A stretch of DNA of 64,000 bases from an uncultured Clostridia bacterium (GTDB taxonomy: Bacteria > Bacillota > Clostridia > Oscillospirales > CAG-272), in assembly GCA_944381075.1 (NCBI GenBank), contig CALWJT010000004.1, positions 16,262 to 80,261 on the forward strand, written 5' to 3'. Of this stretch, positions 1-10,420 are shown one piece after another (positions within the stretch are counted from its first letter, which is position 1; each line of letters opens with the position of its first letter). The notes below the pieces were generated by a model. The model had not been told where the DNA came from, did not search any database, and saw nothing but the letters and a program-made list of their open reading frames with translations. The position numbers were made by a program, and so were the translations under genes.

Positions 1-8
1 GGCCTTAC

Positions 9-1142
9 TCAAGTCGACGAAAGATCAAATAAAAATTGGATTTCATATTTATCATTGAGTTCCGCCAGATAATCCGCAAACATATCGGAAATTTTTTCAT
101 TCCGAAGCTCTGCCTCTATCTCATCGCGGACCTCTTCCAAGGAAGTAAATCCACTGGTTTCTTTTACCTTATCCAAACGAATAATAAAATATCCGGCAAA
201 GCTCAGCAGCGGTTTTTCATATACCTCGCCGACCTCCATATTCTGGAGCGCATAGTAAACTTCCGTCTGAAAGCAGTCGCCGAGGTAAGACATATACGTT
301 TTATACGCATCGGTACCGGGCTCAGCATCTGGATCCAGATCCTCATAGCCTTGCTTGATCTCCTCCAGTGCGGCGGAAAGGTCCGGGATATCCTTCACAT
401 CCGTCATCTGAGTAAAATTTTCACCCGAATACAAGCTTGTCTGCGTATAGCCGTCCTCTTCCGTATATTTCGACAGAATGTCCGCCTTGGCCTGATCCAG
501 CGTCATATAGCCGCCGTTTATCTGACGGATATAGTTTTCCATTTCCGCCTTTGCTGTCTCGCATTCTGCTTCATCTCCAAGGTCCAGAACCTCTCGCAGC
601 ACCGCAGTCCAAGTATACCCCGCCGGATCTGCATATTCCATTCCATTTGCATTGTAGTAATCTAAAATTTCCTCTTCCGTTACTTCAACCATATCCGAAG
701 CATACTCATTGAATAAATCTGCCAGCTCATAACGGCGAAGCTCTTCCTTTAAAAAGTTCTTGGAAACGAAATACATCGTACACCAATCCTTATAGCCGCC
801 CTCGAAATTTTCGTCCAGATAAGCGATGGTTTCCTCCAACGTTTCCTTCAGCTTTTTCTCATCTACCGTATAGCCCTTATCCTTGAGATCCAGCTCCAGG
901 ACCTTATAATTGACATAAGTGCGGACCGCCTGCTTGGCGATTTCACTTTTTTCCTCATCTGTCGAATTTACCGTTGCATTTGTCGCTATATAGTAGTTGA
1001 TGATGTCCTCTACGTCCTCTTCATAAACAGGAATATTATTGTATACCGCAATGATCTCCCCCTTGCCGCCGCATGCAGAAAGCATCGTCAATATTGCGGA
1101 AAAAACCAGCAGCAGGCAAATGCCCTTTTTCGTTCGTTTCAT
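9..1142 (-). CDS. PrsA/SurA-like foldase lipoprotein (putative)
   Basis: 377-aa ORF with an N-terminal signal peptide and lipobox (LTMLSAC). The C-terminal GEVYEKPLLSFAGYFIIRLDK resembles the end of parvulin-type PPIase domains. Family call is from recall only. Confidence 0.55.
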   Translation of the reverse strand: MKRTKKGICLLLVFSAILTMLSACGGKGEIIAVYNNIPVYEEDVEDIINYYIATNATVNSTDEEKSEIAKQAVRTYVNYKVLELDLKDKGYTVDEKKLKETLEETIAYLDENFEGGYKDWCTMYFVSKNFLKEELRRYELADLFNEYASDMVEVTEEEILDYYNANGMEYADPAGYTWTAVLREVLDLGDEAECETAKAEMENYIRQINGGYMTLDQAKADILSKYTEEDGYTQTSLYSGENFTQMTDVKDIPDLSAALEEIKQGYEDLDPDAEPGTDAYKTYMSYLGDCFQTEVYYALQNMEVGEVYEKPLLSFAGYFIIRLDKVKETSGFTSLEEVRDEIEAELRNEKISDMFADYLAELNDKYEIQFLFDLSST

Positions 1143-1169
1143 AATTTCCCCTTTCGGTTCGCATTCCAG

Positions 1170-1205
1170 TTTTCAAAAGCCGCCCTTTAAGGCGGCTTTT
1201 GAAAA
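1170..1205 (-). terminator. Intrinsic terminator hairpin (bidirectional shape)
   Basis: TTTTCAAAAGCCGCC / GGCGGCTTTTGAAAA inverted repeat, 12 nt downstream of the stop of the 1217-1657 gene, with A/T runs built into both arms. Confidence 0.6.
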
Positions 1206-1216
1206 CCTTCGGCTTA

Positions 1217-1657
1217 TCAGTCTCCGTGTTTGCAGCCACAGGCGCCGTCTTCCTCGTCATCGTCACAGCAGTCGCATACACAGCTGAATTCCGCACCGCA
1301 GGCCGGACATGTCACGTGGTCAAAATCGATGGAATCGTCAAGACAAATGGTCTCGCCGCATTCCGGACATTCCACCTCGACAAAATCGTCATCCTCCTCG
1401 CAGCAGCAGTCCTCATCGTCGCAGCCGCAGCCGTCTTCCTCGTAATAGTCCTCCTCCAGCATACCGAGATCCTCGTCGATCTCCTCGATGTAGGAATCCA
1501 GGTACTCTGCATTTTCCTTCAGATCCGTAACTTCCTTCGCCATCGCCTCAAGCGCATCGATGATCGCAGAAATCACTTTTCCTTCCGCCGAGCTGCTGTC
1601 CAAGGACAGCCCCTCCGCAAGTCCCTTGATATAGGATACCTTCTCCGTAATTTTCAT
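1217..1657 (-). CDS. Cys/Asp/Glu-rich zinc-ribbon protein (CD1247 N-terminal domain-like)
   Basis: ORF 1217-1681. ATG at 1657 is preferred because AGAGGA lies 7 nt upstream; the 1681 ATG has no RBS. Helical N-terminal half, then CPEC-x17-CPAC embedded in a tail with 16 Cys in 71 aa. Confidence 0.6.
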   Translation of the reverse strand: MKITEKVSYIKGLAEGLSLDSSSAEGKVISAIIDALEAMAKEVTDLKENAEYLDSYIEEIDEDLGMLEEDYYEEDGCGCDDEDCCCEEDDDFVEVECPECGETICLDDSIDFDHVTCPACGAEFSCVCDCCDDDEEDGACGCKHGD

Positions 1658-1777
1658 AGCCTTATCCTCTTTTCCGCCCATCGTTTTCAGGCGTTTTTTC
1701 TCTTATTATTTGCAGAAATCCAATCGCAATATCCAGCAGCGCCCGATCTTTCTCAAAAAGGAAAGGGCCCGCATGCC

Positions 1778-2335
1778 TTACGCTCTTTCGATATATTCGC
1801 CCGTTCTGGTATCGATGCGAAGCTTTGTTCCGTTGTCGATGAAAAGCGGGACCTTGATGACGGCGCCGGTCTCCAGCGTAGCGGGCTTCGTCGTACCCGT
1901 CGCAGTATTGCCCTTGAAGCCGGGCTCCGTCGAAACGACCTCGAGCTCGACGAACATCGGCGGCTCCACGCTGAATACGTTCCCTTTATAGGAAACAAGA
2001 CGGCACATCATTTCTTCTTTTACAAATTTAAAGCTGTCAGGAAGAAGATCCTTGGACACCGGGACCTGCTCAAAGGTCTCCATATCCATAAAATAATAAA
2101 GATCGCCATCGTTGTAGCTGTACTGCATATCGCGTCTTTCGACAACAGCCGGCGGGAATTTGTCCGTCGGGCTGAACGTTGTCTCCGTTACGGCGCCGGT
2201 GATGACATTGCGCAGCTTGGTACGCACAAACGCCGCGCCCTTTCCGGGCTTCACATGCTGAAATTCGATTACCTGCATCACGTTCCCGTCCATTTCAAAC
2301 GTAACGCCGTTCTTAAAATCTCCTGCGATTACCAT
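1778..2335 (-). CDS. efp: Elongation factor P
   Basis: 185 aa. The N-terminus [44 protein letters not shown] is a textbook EF-P sequence. Confidence 0.95.
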   Translation of the reverse strand: MVIAGDFKNGVTFEMDGNVMQVIEFQHVKPGKGAAFVRTKLRNVITGAVTETTFSPTDKFPPAVVERRDMQYSYNDGDLYYFMDMETFEQVPVSKDLLPDSFKFVKEEMMCRLVSYKGNVFSVEPPMFVELEVVSTEPGFKGNTATGTTKPATLETGAVIKVPLFIDNGTKLRIDTRTGEYIERA

Positions 2336-2452
2336 AGAAAAATACCTCCCAAAACCATTCTGTCACTGAAATGTTGAATCATGTTCCATTGTACCGCATA
2401 AATCACAAAATATCAAGTGTTTTTTTATATTTTATCCCGGAACCGTGGGATT

Positions 2453-3508
2453 TCATCCGATTTCTATCAGTTCCTTCGGACTTTTTGTGATGTCGAGCGG
2501 ACCTTTTTCCGTCATCTGCACCATGTCCTCGATGCGCACGCCGTATTTTCCCTTGAGGTAGATCCCAGGCTCCACCGTAAAAATATGTCCCGTCGACAAA
2601 GCCGTTCTTCCGGAGGGAGATATCCGCGGATTCTCATGGATGTAAATTCCGACGCCGTGACCAAGCCCATGTCCGAAGCAGCCCTCGTATCCGGCGGCGC
2701 TGATAAGCTCTCTTGCGGCTTTGTCAAGCTCCGCTCCCGTCATGCCTGCGCGGACAGCGGCAAGCGCCGCTCTCTGCGCGGCAAGGACTGTCTCATATAC
2801 CTTTTTCATTTCTGCATCCGCCTTCCCGATGACGACCGTGCGCGTCATGTCGGAGCAGTATCCATGATAAATACAGCCGAAATCCATGGTGAGAAATCCC
2901 TTTTCCAGCGTGACCGGACGCGGTACGCCGTGCGGACGCGCAGAATTCGTGCCGGAAACGGCGATGGTATCGAAGCTCGTCCCGGAAGCGCCTCTTTTTT
3001 TCATCTGGTATTCGAGTTCCGCCGCCACATCGGTCTCCGTCATCTCAGGGCGCAGAAGCGCAAGCACCGCCGCAAACGCTTCGTCCGTGATCGCCTGCGC
3101 CTCACGGACAAGCGCCATCTCCCGCTCGTCCTTGTATTCTGCAAGCGTGCGAACGGTGCCGCCCATTGGAACAAAGCTGCAGGAAGAAAATTCCTTTTTA
3201 GAGCGCTCCAGCATGCAAACCGGGAGCAGGTCATCCTCAAATCCAATTGTTTTGATCGCTTCGTCCTCTATGATTTTCCGGATTTCCTCATACCGGTTGG
3301 CAGTGGAGACCCGGCATCCGCGCGCTTCCGTCTCCGCAGCCTCCAGATAACGGAAGTCGGTGAAAAGATACGCATTTTTTCTGGTCACAAAAATCATCCC
3401 GTCCGAAAACAGGAATTCGGAAAGATAAAAGCAGGTTTTTTCATCGACTGTGAGAAAGGCATCCACTCCGTCCGGGAATTTTGCCTGCAGCTTTTCAACT
3501 CTTGTCAT
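2453..3508 (-). CDS. M24-family Xaa-Pro aminopeptidase
   Basis: 351 aa. Carries the creatinase-like N-domain plus pita-bread motifs (HGLGHGVGIYIHE, EPGIY, RIED) and has the usual position upstream of efp. Confidence 0.85.
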   Translation of the reverse strand: MTRVEKLQAKFPDGVDAFLTVDEKTCFYLSEFLFSDGMIFVTRKNAYLFTDFRYLEAAETEARGCRVSTANRYEEIRKIIEDEAIKTIGFEDDLLPVCMLERSKKEFSSCSFVPMGGTVRTLAEYKDEREMALVREAQAITDEAFAAVLALLRPEMTETDVAAELEYQMKKRGASGTSFDTIAVSGTNSARPHGVPRPVTLEKGFLTMDFGCIYHGYCSDMTRTVVIGKADAEMKKVYETVLAAQRAALAAVRAGMTGAELDKAARELISAAGYEGCFGHGLGHGVGIYIHENPRISPSGRTALSTGHIFTVEPGIYLKGKYGVRIEDMVQMTEKGPLDITKSPKELIEIG

Positions 3509-3599
3509 TTATAATCACTCCTTTATTGGTTTTTCTTTTCGCAGGATACATCAAAAACATCACAAAACTTTTTAAAATTTATGAATCATTGGAAACTTT

Positions 3600-4727
3600 T
3601 CAAAAATCCACCACGTCGTCCCCGTCCAGCGCGGCAAGCCCGTAATGCAGCGCCGCCGCGGCAGTACGGCGCTCTTCCTCGCTTTCGCTTTCCAAAAGCG
3701 GGAGCAGCTCACGGAAAAACGCGCCGCGGATGGAAATATCGTTCTTCAGCGTTTCCGTATCCAGAAGCGGCGCAGTATCGTCCCGCACCTCGAGATAATA
3801 CAATCCGAGCGCACTCGCAGAAAGCACGTTCGGGGAGAGCCTTGCCTCCGGCGATATCCTGCCGGTAAGCTTGATGCGTACCAAGGCATCCGCACCGAGG
3901 CCTGCCTGCGCCGCAGACGTTTTGACGCGCTCCAGAAGCTCCGCATCTGACGATACACCCGTCACATCCACAGTCAGCCTCTCATAGTGTCTGCGGCACA
4001 TTCTGCGGCTTGCAAAGGATGCGGCAAGCCTCCCATTTTCCTTTTTGAACTCGCCGACGATCACGCCTTTGATCCCGCATTCGTCAAAGGAACGCCCTTC
4101 CGGACAGCCGCTGTAGGCATAGTAGGTATTGCCTGCAAGCTTGATCTCGCCTCCCTTATGGATGTGACCGAGCGCCGCATAATCAAAGCCGCATCTTGCA
4201 AGGTCCTGCGGGGAGATCGGACAGCAGTCCGATTTTCCGCCAAGGTCACAGTGTCCGGCAAACAAATTGATTTTTCTGCGGTCCAGGGAAGGCGCCGACG
4301 CCAAGGGATTTGACGGATGGGTCTCGGACAGATAGGCAAAGCCGTAAACATCGACACCGATCTCATCAAAAGAAATCTTGCCGAGCCCTTCTTCCTCAAA
4401 AATATAGACATTCGGAGGGAAAATTTCTTTCTTATAGGGACTGCGGGAAGAAATAAAATCATGATTTCCCGGCGCAATGACAAACCGGCATTCCGGCAGA
4501 GAATTGAATTGTGAGATCATTAAGGACGTCGTCTCCTTTGTCACAAAGCCGCTGTCAAACAGATCGCCCGACAGGAGAACAAGATCCGCCTTTTCCGTCT
4601 TGGCAAGCAGGATGATCGACGAAAAAGTGCCGCGCAGCTCGTTTTTGCGCACCTGCGCCTTCTGTACGTCGAAAAGGGAAAACGGCGCGTCCAAATGGAT
4701 GTCCGCGGTATGAATGATCTTCGGCAT
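3600..4727 (-). CDS. Metallophosphoesterase, SbcD/YhaO-like DNA repair exonuclease
   Basis: 375 aa. MPKIIHTADIHLD, GDLFD and GNHD calcineurin-like motifs. RBS GGAGGA upstream. Confidence 0.75.
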   Translation of the reverse strand: MPKIIHTADIHLDAPFSLFDVQKAQVRKNELRGTFSSIILLAKTEKADLVLLSGDLFDSGFVTKETTSLMISQFNSLPECRFVIAPGNHDFISSRSPYKKEIFPPNVYIFEEEGLGKISFDEIGVDVYGFAYLSETHPSNPLASAPSLDRRKINLFAGHCDLGGKSDCCPISPQDLARCGFDYAALGHIHKGGEIKLAGNTYYAYSGCPEGRSFDECGIKGVIVGEFKKENGRLAASFASRRMCRRHYERLTVDVTGVSSDAELLERVKTSAAQAGLGADALVRIKLTGRISPEARLSPNVLSASALGLYYLEVRDDTAPLLDTETLKNDISIRGAFFRELLPLLESESEEERRTAAAALHYGLAALDGDDVVDF

Positions 4728-4795
4728 GATTCCTCCTTCTGCATCTCATCGATACGGGCAAAAAACGTTTTTTTCCGGCATCTGAAATAGGCTGT

Positions 4796-7417
4796 TCATT
4801 CCGCAAGCTGATACTCGCCGGAACTCAGCTCGACAAAGAATTCCTTATCGTTTTCTCCGAATTTGCCGAGCAGATACGCCGGTCGGGAGCCCTCCTTCAG
4901 CAAGTTCATATGTTTCTTCGGCAGATACAGCGTCGCATGGCATCCAAAGGGGATCTTCAAATTGAGCGACAGCCTGCCGCCGCGGTTCGCCCAATAGCAG
5001 GCAACCTCGCCATACATCGAATCATGGGAAGCGGAGGCGCTCTCCATGCCGCAGTCCACGGCAGGACGCAGAATGGTGTGGCGGAAGCCCGGTTCCTTTT
5101 CATCAGGGGAGATCCCGCCTACATATTTATACAGGAAGGACGACAGATCAGAGAACATATGATGGTTGTGCGATCCGCCGCCGTTCCAGCATTCCCAAAG
5201 GGTCGTCGCGCCGAGATCGATCCATCTCTGACAGCCCGGGAACGTGCGCTGCGCAAGCATCCTGTGACCGACGTTGCCCTCTCCCATTGCGCCGAGCGTG
5301 TGCATGACGAATTTGCAGCCGAGCACGCCGAAATCCAGATGCCAGTCCTTTTCCTCGATCTGCTTGACAAGCCGGCGCAGCAGCGGCTCGCGCTCATCCT
5401 CCTCGCAAAGATCGAAATAAAGCATCACGGCGGTCGCCGTCTGACAGTCCCCTTTGACGGTATAGGTTTCTTTATCAAAGAATTTTTCCCGGAACGCCGT
5501 CTTGATCTTTTTTGCAAGGTCAAGGTAATACGCCTCATCCTCCGGCTTCTCGAAAAGACGTGCAAGCTTTACCACCGTCATCGCGGCATGATAGAAAAAG
5601 CCGGTATCCGAAACCTCGACGGGGCATTTATAAGCACCCATGTTTTTGCTGATCGCGGGACCCTCGAACGGCGCACACCAGTCGCCGGTACCGTAATTCA
5701 GGGTATAATCCACCGTCATGGATTCCATAAAATCACAGTTGCGCTTGATCGGCTCATAATTCAGACGCAGGATCTCCAAATCCGCGTTGTAAAGGTAGAT
5801 GTTGTACGGCACATTGATAAGCGCGCTCGACCAGTCCGGTCCCATCAGACCATAATATCCCCAGCCGGTGGACGGGACCACGCATGGGATCTGTCCTGCC
5901 GGGCGCTGTGATATGCGCATGTCGCGGCTCCACTTGGAAAGGAAGGCGCGCGTGCCGAAGTTTGTCAGCATCTGCTCCGAGGAAAGGGAAACATCGCCTG
6001 TCCAGCCGTTTTTCTCGCGGTGCGGACAGTCCGTCGGGATGGAATGCATATTGGAGATGGTTGCCCAGCGGCAAAGATGCTGCACCTTGCCGAGCAGCTC
6101 GTCGGAGCAGGAAAACCTCCCGATGTCCTCAACGTCCGTGCAGAGCGTATACGCGCAGACGTCGGAGAGCTGCGGCTCATAATCGATGCCGGACATTTCG
6201 ACATACTGGAAGCCGTGGTAGGTAAAGATCGCGTTCCACTCCTCTTCGCCGTCGCTTTTTTTGATATATTTGTCCGTTTGGAACTCACCGCTCCTAATAA
6301 AACAGCCGATGGAAGAAACATCGATCTCGCCATCCTCCGTCAGGACGTCGGAATACCGGAATTTGATTTCCGTACCGGCAGGTCCGCGCAGCTTGAAATG
6401 TCCGACGCCCGCCTGATTTTGTCCGATATCGAATACATAGCCGTCCGCGGACTTCCACATTTTTTTCGCGCCGATGATCTTGCGCACGCGGATCGGTTCC
6501 ATTTCCATGGCGACAAGAAGTCCGCCAGGACTTTTGATGATCTTTGTTTTGCCCCAATTGGTGTCGTCATAGTCCGGCATCGTCCAGTTTCCGAGCTCCA
6601 GTCTTGCGTCGTAAAATTCGCCGTTGCGGATGCCGTTGAATGTGATAGGTCCCTTGGAGGCCTTCCAGCTCGGATCCGAAAGGATCGTCTCCCGCCGTCC
6701 GTCCTCATACAAAATGTGCAGCTCCAGGATCCCCTTCGGAACATGCCGCCAGGTCGCCGCGCGCGTGTTCCACGGGTCCTCGGCAAAGCAGTTGTACCAG
6801 CCGTTGCCGAGGATCACACCGAGCGCATTTTCTCCCTCACGCAGGAGCGTGCGCACATCGTATACCAAATACATACATTCCGCATCATAGCGCGTAAAGG
6901 CCGGCGAGAGCATGTCGTTGCCGGTTTTCTTTCCGTTGAGATAGCTCTCAAAATATCCAAGTCCGCAGACGGCAAGATATGCGGCGCGCACGGCGCCGCG
7001 GACGGAAAAGATCTTTCTTAGATACTGCGCGCCGAGGAATTCCTCCTTTGTCCGCTTGAAATCGGCGGAAATCCATTTTCCGTCCCATTTCTTTCCAAGT
7101 TTTCCCGTAACAAAGCGGCAGTCCCCCGATGCCGTCTCTCCCGCTTCCGTTTCTATCTCAATATCCGCCCGATATTCCGTAAGGGGAGAAAGCGCTTCTC
7201 CTTCATACGGAATTAAGATTTGCCCATCCGTTTCCACCTTTCCGCTGTCCCAGACCATACGTTCCGTAAGAGCTTCCGTTACCCGGATCCTGCGCGCGCA
7301 TTGCCTGCCCCCTCTTGTATCGGAAGAGATTTTATAGGAGAATCTCGGATTTTCATCGATTCCGCACGGATTTTTCAAATAATTGACCGTACAGCCGTAT
7401 ATTTTGATTTCTGCCAT
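4796..7417 (-). CDS. Alpha-L-rhamnosidase (GH78)
   Basis: ORF 4796-7444 starts at a TTG; the first ATG is at 7417 (MAEIKIYGCTVNYLKNPCGIDENPRFSYK). Length and N-terminal signature are typical of bacterial GH78 enzymes. No signal peptide. Confidence 0.8.
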   Translation of the reverse strand: MAEIKIYGCTVNYLKNPCGIDENPRFSYKISSDTRGGRQCARRIRVTEALTERMVWDSGKVETDGQILIPYEGEALSPLTEYRADIEIETEAGETASGDCRFVTGKLGKKWDGKWISADFKRTKEEFLGAQYLRKIFSVRGAVRAAYLAVCGLGYFESYLNGKKTGNDMLSPAFTRYDAECMYLVYDVRTLLREGENALGVILGNGWYNCFAEDPWNTRAATWRHVPKGILELHILYEDGRRETILSDPSWKASKGPITFNGIRNGEFYDARLELGNWTMPDYDDTNWGKTKIIKSPGGLLVAMEMEPIRVRKIIGAKKMWKSADGYVFDIGQNQAGVGHFKLRGPAGTEIKFRYSDVLTEDGEIDVSSIGCFIRSGEFQTDKYIKKSDGEEEWNAIFTYHGFQYVEMSGIDYEPQLSDVCAYTLCTDVEDIGRFSCSDELLGKVQHLCRWATISNMHSIPTDCPHREKNGWTGDVSLSSEQMLTNFGTRAFLSKWSRDMRISQRPAGQIPCVVPSTGWGYYGLMGPDWSSALINVPYNIYLYNADLEILRLNYEPIKRNCDFMESMTVDYTLNYGTGDWCAPFEGPAISKNMGAYKCPVEVSDTGFFYHAAMTVVKLARLFEKPEDEAYYLDLAKKIKTAFREKFFDKETYTVKGDCQTATAVMLYFDLCEEDEREPLLRRLVKQIEEKDWHLDFGVLGCKFVMHTLGAMGEGNVGHRMLAQRTFPGCQRWIDLGATTLWECWNGGGSHNHHMFSDLSSFLYKYVGGISPDEKEPGFRHTILRPAVDCGMESASASHDSMYGEVACYWANRGGRLSLNLKIPFGCHATLYLPKKHMNLLKEGSRPAYLLGKFGENDKEFFVELSSGEYQLAE

Positions 7418-7487
7418 ATCAGTGTGTTGCCTTTCTGAAAACAATATGAAATTCTATTTATATCCAGTTGCCGCTTTTGCGTGGAAC

Positions 7488-8726
7488 TTAATTCTCTACG
7501 CCAAGATACCGCGTCTGCTCCGGTGTCAGCCGGTCGATGAAAATGCCTGTTTTTTCAAGCTTTCTTTCCGCAACCGCAAGGTCCGTTTCCCGCGGTACGG
7601 GATAAAGCCCCGGCAAAAGACGGGCATGCCCCGCAAGAAATTCAAGGCTTTTCGCCTGGAGCGCAAAGCTCATATCCATGATTTCGGCGGGATGTCCGTT
7701 TCCGGCAGCGAGATTGACCAGCCTGCCGTCCGCCATCAGATTGAGGATCCTTCCGTCAGGCATGACAAAGCCCTCGATATCCGGCTTCCGCCGCTTATGA
7801 GATACGCACAGGGCAAGCAGGTCGTCCTTGTTGATCTCTACGTTGAAATGTCCCGAATTGGCAAGCAGGACGCCGTCCTTCATCTTTTCAAAATGACGCT
7901 TTACGATCACATTTTCACAGCCTGTCGCCGTAAGGAACAGATCGCCGACAGATGCCGCCTCATCCATTTTCATCACGGTAAAGCCGTCCATCGTCGCCTC
8001 CAGCGCCCGGATCGGATCGACCTCCGTGACCGTGACGACGGCACCCATTCCGGCAAGTCGCTTCGCGATCCCCTTGCCGCACCAGCCGTATCCGGCGACG
8101 ACCGCCCGCTTGCCCGCAATGACGAGATTCGTCGCATGCATGACGGCGTCCAGCGTGGACTGTCCCGTACCGTACCGGTTATCAAACAGATGCTTGCAGT
8201 CGGCGTCGTTGATATCGATCATGGGATAGTCGAGCGTTCCCGCGCGCACCCGCAGCTTCAGTCTGTGGATCCCCGTCGTCGTTTCCTCGCATCCGCCGAG
8301 CAGCCGGTCTCCGAAGGCGCGGCATTCTCCGTGAAGAAGCTCGATAAAATCGCCGCCGTCGTCGATGACAAGATCCGGATGACATGAAAGCGCCGCCATA
8401 AGATGCGTCCGGTATTCGTTTTCCTCCGCTCCGTGAACGCCGAAAACCTCGACATCCATCGTCGAGAGCGCCGCGGCTACGTCATCCTGCGTAGAAAGAG
8501 GATTGCAGCCGGTCGAATATACCTCGGCTCCGCCCGCATGCAGGACAGTTGCAAGATAGGCGGTCTTTGCCTCCAGATGAATGGACATCGCGATCTTCAT
8601 CCCCGCAAACGGCTTGGTTTTTTTGAATTCCTCCTCGATAGAGGAAAGGACCGGCATATAGCTTTTTACCCATTCGATCTTGTCCCGTCCCTCTGCGGCA
8701 AGCGATATATCCTTGATGATGCTCAT
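7488..8726 (-). CDS. ahcY: Adenosylhomocysteinase
   Basis: 412 aa. Shows the SAHH pattern (EETTTG, NAD-binding GYGWCGKG). RBS AGGAGA upstream. Confidence 0.9.
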   Translation of the reverse strand: MSIIKDISLAAEGRDKIEWVKSYMPVLSSIEEEFKKTKPFAGMKIAMSIHLEAKTAYLATVLHAGGAEVYSTGCNPLSTQDDVAAALSTMDVEVFGVHGAEENEYRTHLMAALSCHPDLVIDDGGDFIELLHGECRAFGDRLLGGCEETTTGIHRLKLRVRAGTLDYPMIDINDADCKHLFDNRYGTGQSTLDAVMHATNLVIAGKRAVVAGYGWCGKGIAKRLAGMGAVVTVTEVDPIRALEATMDGFTVMKMDEAASVGDLFLTATGCENVIVKRHFEKMKDGVLLANSGHFNVEINKDDLLALCVSHKRRKPDIEGFVMPDGRILNLMADGRLVNLAAGNGHPAEIMDMSFALQAKSLEFLAGHARLLPGLYPVPRETDLAVAERKLEKTGIFIDRLTPEQTRYLGVEN

Positions 8727-8767
8727 TTTTTATCTCCTGTTCTATTATTTTATGCCGATTTTGGTCG

Positions 8768-9349
8768 CTACAGAATTTTTTCGATCTCATCGATCCGAAG
8801 AAACGGAGCCGGATTTTCTCCATGCTCTCCGATAAACTTTTCCATCCAGATCATATCATACCAGCGGCCGAATTTATAGCCGCATTTTGTAAAATATCCG
8901 ATTTTCCGATATCCGCGCGCCGCATGAAAGGCGGGACTCGCACTTGTCAAATAAGGATCCGGACCCTCCGTCATCGCGATGCACGCATATAAGTTGAGGA
9001 CGTTTTGCCGCTTTAGAATTCTCTCAAGCTGAGAGGAAAGCAAGGTCCCGATCCCGCATCCCCGGTATTTCCTGTCCACATAAAGCGCTGTCTCCGCAGA
9101 TCTTGCATATGCCGCTCGTTCGCCAAAGGGATGCGCATAGGAATATCCGACGATCTTTCCGTCCTTTTCCGCAACCAGATACGGATAGCGTGCGCTTATC
9201 TCCTTTATCCTTTTTTCAAATTCCCCGCATGAGGGTACTTCATATTCAAACGTTATCGCCGTATGCTCGACGTACGGTGCGTAAATCTCAAGAAGCGCCT
9301 GCGCGTCGGAAGCCTTTGCCAGCCGTATCGTGATTTCTTTTTCTTCCAT
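8768..9349 (-). CDS. GNAT N-acetyltransferase (phosphinothricin/MSO acetyltransferase-like)
   Basis: 193 aa with the acetyl-CoA-binding motif RGCGIGTLL. Confidence 0.8.
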   Translation of the reverse strand: MEEKEITIRLAKASDAQALLEIYAPYVEHTAITFEYEVPSCGEFEKRIKEISARYPYLVAEKDGKIVGYSYAHPFGERAAYARSAETALYVDRKYRGCGIGTLLSSQLERILKRQNVLNLYACIAMTEGPDPYLTSASPAFHAARGYRKIGYFTKCGYKFGRWYDMIWMEKFIGEHGENPAPFLRIDEIEKIL

Positions 9350-9371
9350 TGTATCGCTTCCTACCCTTTAT

Positions 9372-10142
9372 TCAAAAAGTTACCCGCCTGATCGATACCG
9401 CTTTTCCCGTATTCCCGTCTACTTCTGCAAGAATGCCGTGCGCGGTCACATGATTTTCCGACGGAATAAATTTCACCGGCAGATATGTCGTCATTTTCTC
9501 AATGATACATTCCGGCTTGATGCCAAGCACGCTCCCGTCCGGTCCGCACATGCCGAGATCGGTGATATACGCCGTCCCGCGCGGCAGGATACCTTCATCT
9601 GCCGTCGCAACATGCGTATGCGTCCCCGCCATTACCGTGATCCTTCCGTCTACATAATGCGCGAGCGCAAGCTTTTCCGAGGTCGTTTCCGCATGAAAAT
9701 CCAAAAGGGAAAGATCATACCTCCCCTTATACCGTTCTAAGATCCTGTCGACTGCCATAAACGGATTTTCCAAAGGCTCCATCATAACGACTCCCATCAA
9801 ATTGATGACAAGGATGGAATATCCTTCTGCCTTTGTCAGACAGACCCCATCCCCCGGTACGCTCCCGGGAAAATTTGCCGGCCGCAGGATACGGGGATTT
9901 TCCTCCAGAAGCCGCTTTGCCTCAAAATTCCGAAATACATGATTTCCGGTTGTTATGACATCCGCGCCGGCAGAAAAAAGAGCCTGCGCCGATTCCTTAT
10001 CGATCCCATTGCGTTCAGCGCTGTTTTCCCCGTTTATAACCGTAAACGAAACTTCATTTTCCTTCTGAAACCGAGGCAGCGTCTGCTCAAGATAACGGCA
10101 GGATAAAGAACGGCTCACGTCTCCAAGCATGAGAATTTTCAT
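9372..10142 (-). CDS. ymdB: YmdB-family (TIGR00282) metallophosphoesterase
   Basis: ORF extends to 10214, but the ATG at 10142 (MKILMLGDV) follows GGAGAGGGG. GENSAERNGI and GNH motifs. Confidence 0.85.
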   Translation of the reverse strand: MKILMLGDVSRSLSCRYLEQTLPRFQKENEVSFTVINGENSAERNGIDKESAQALFSAGADVITTGNHVFRNFEAKRLLEENPRILRPANFPGSVPGDGVCLTKAEGYSILVINLMGVVMMEPLENPFMAVDRILERYKGRYDLSLLDFHAETTSEKLALAHYVDGRITVMAGTHTHVATADEGILPRGTAYITDLGMCGPDGSVLGIKPECIIEKMTTYLPVKFIPSENHVTAHGILAEVDGNTGKAVSIRRVTF

Positions 10143-10330
10143 TTTTCCTGTTTTTCCCCTCTCCCATTTCACTTGCTGCAAATTTATTTTTATTTTCCGT
10201 GACCAGTGTATCACAAATTCTCTGTAATTTCTACCGCAATTTTTATAATTTTTTTGATATTTTTCAATTTAGCCCTGCTTTTTCGCAAGAAATGCCGTGA
10301 AAATGAAAATCCACTTGATTTTTCTTCCTC

Positions 10331-10368
10331 TATATGATATTATATATATAATATAATAATAGTTAATA
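10331..10368. other. Near-pure A/T tract upstream of dnaA (dnaA promoter and/or unwinding element candidate)
   Basis: 38 nt containing only two G (10336, 10362), in the ymdB-dnaA divergent spacer. Confidence 0.35.
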
Positions 10369-10420
10369 GGGGTTTTCTGGCTATCGCAGCGAAAACGCAA
10401 AACCGGAAAGAGGGAGCATT

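Noticed and set aside
10300-10315. DnaA box upstream of dnaA (AAAATCCACT)
   Set aside because: It has three mismatches to TTATCCACA, which is too weak to call on its own. I retained only the AT-rich tract as a feature of the upstream spacer.
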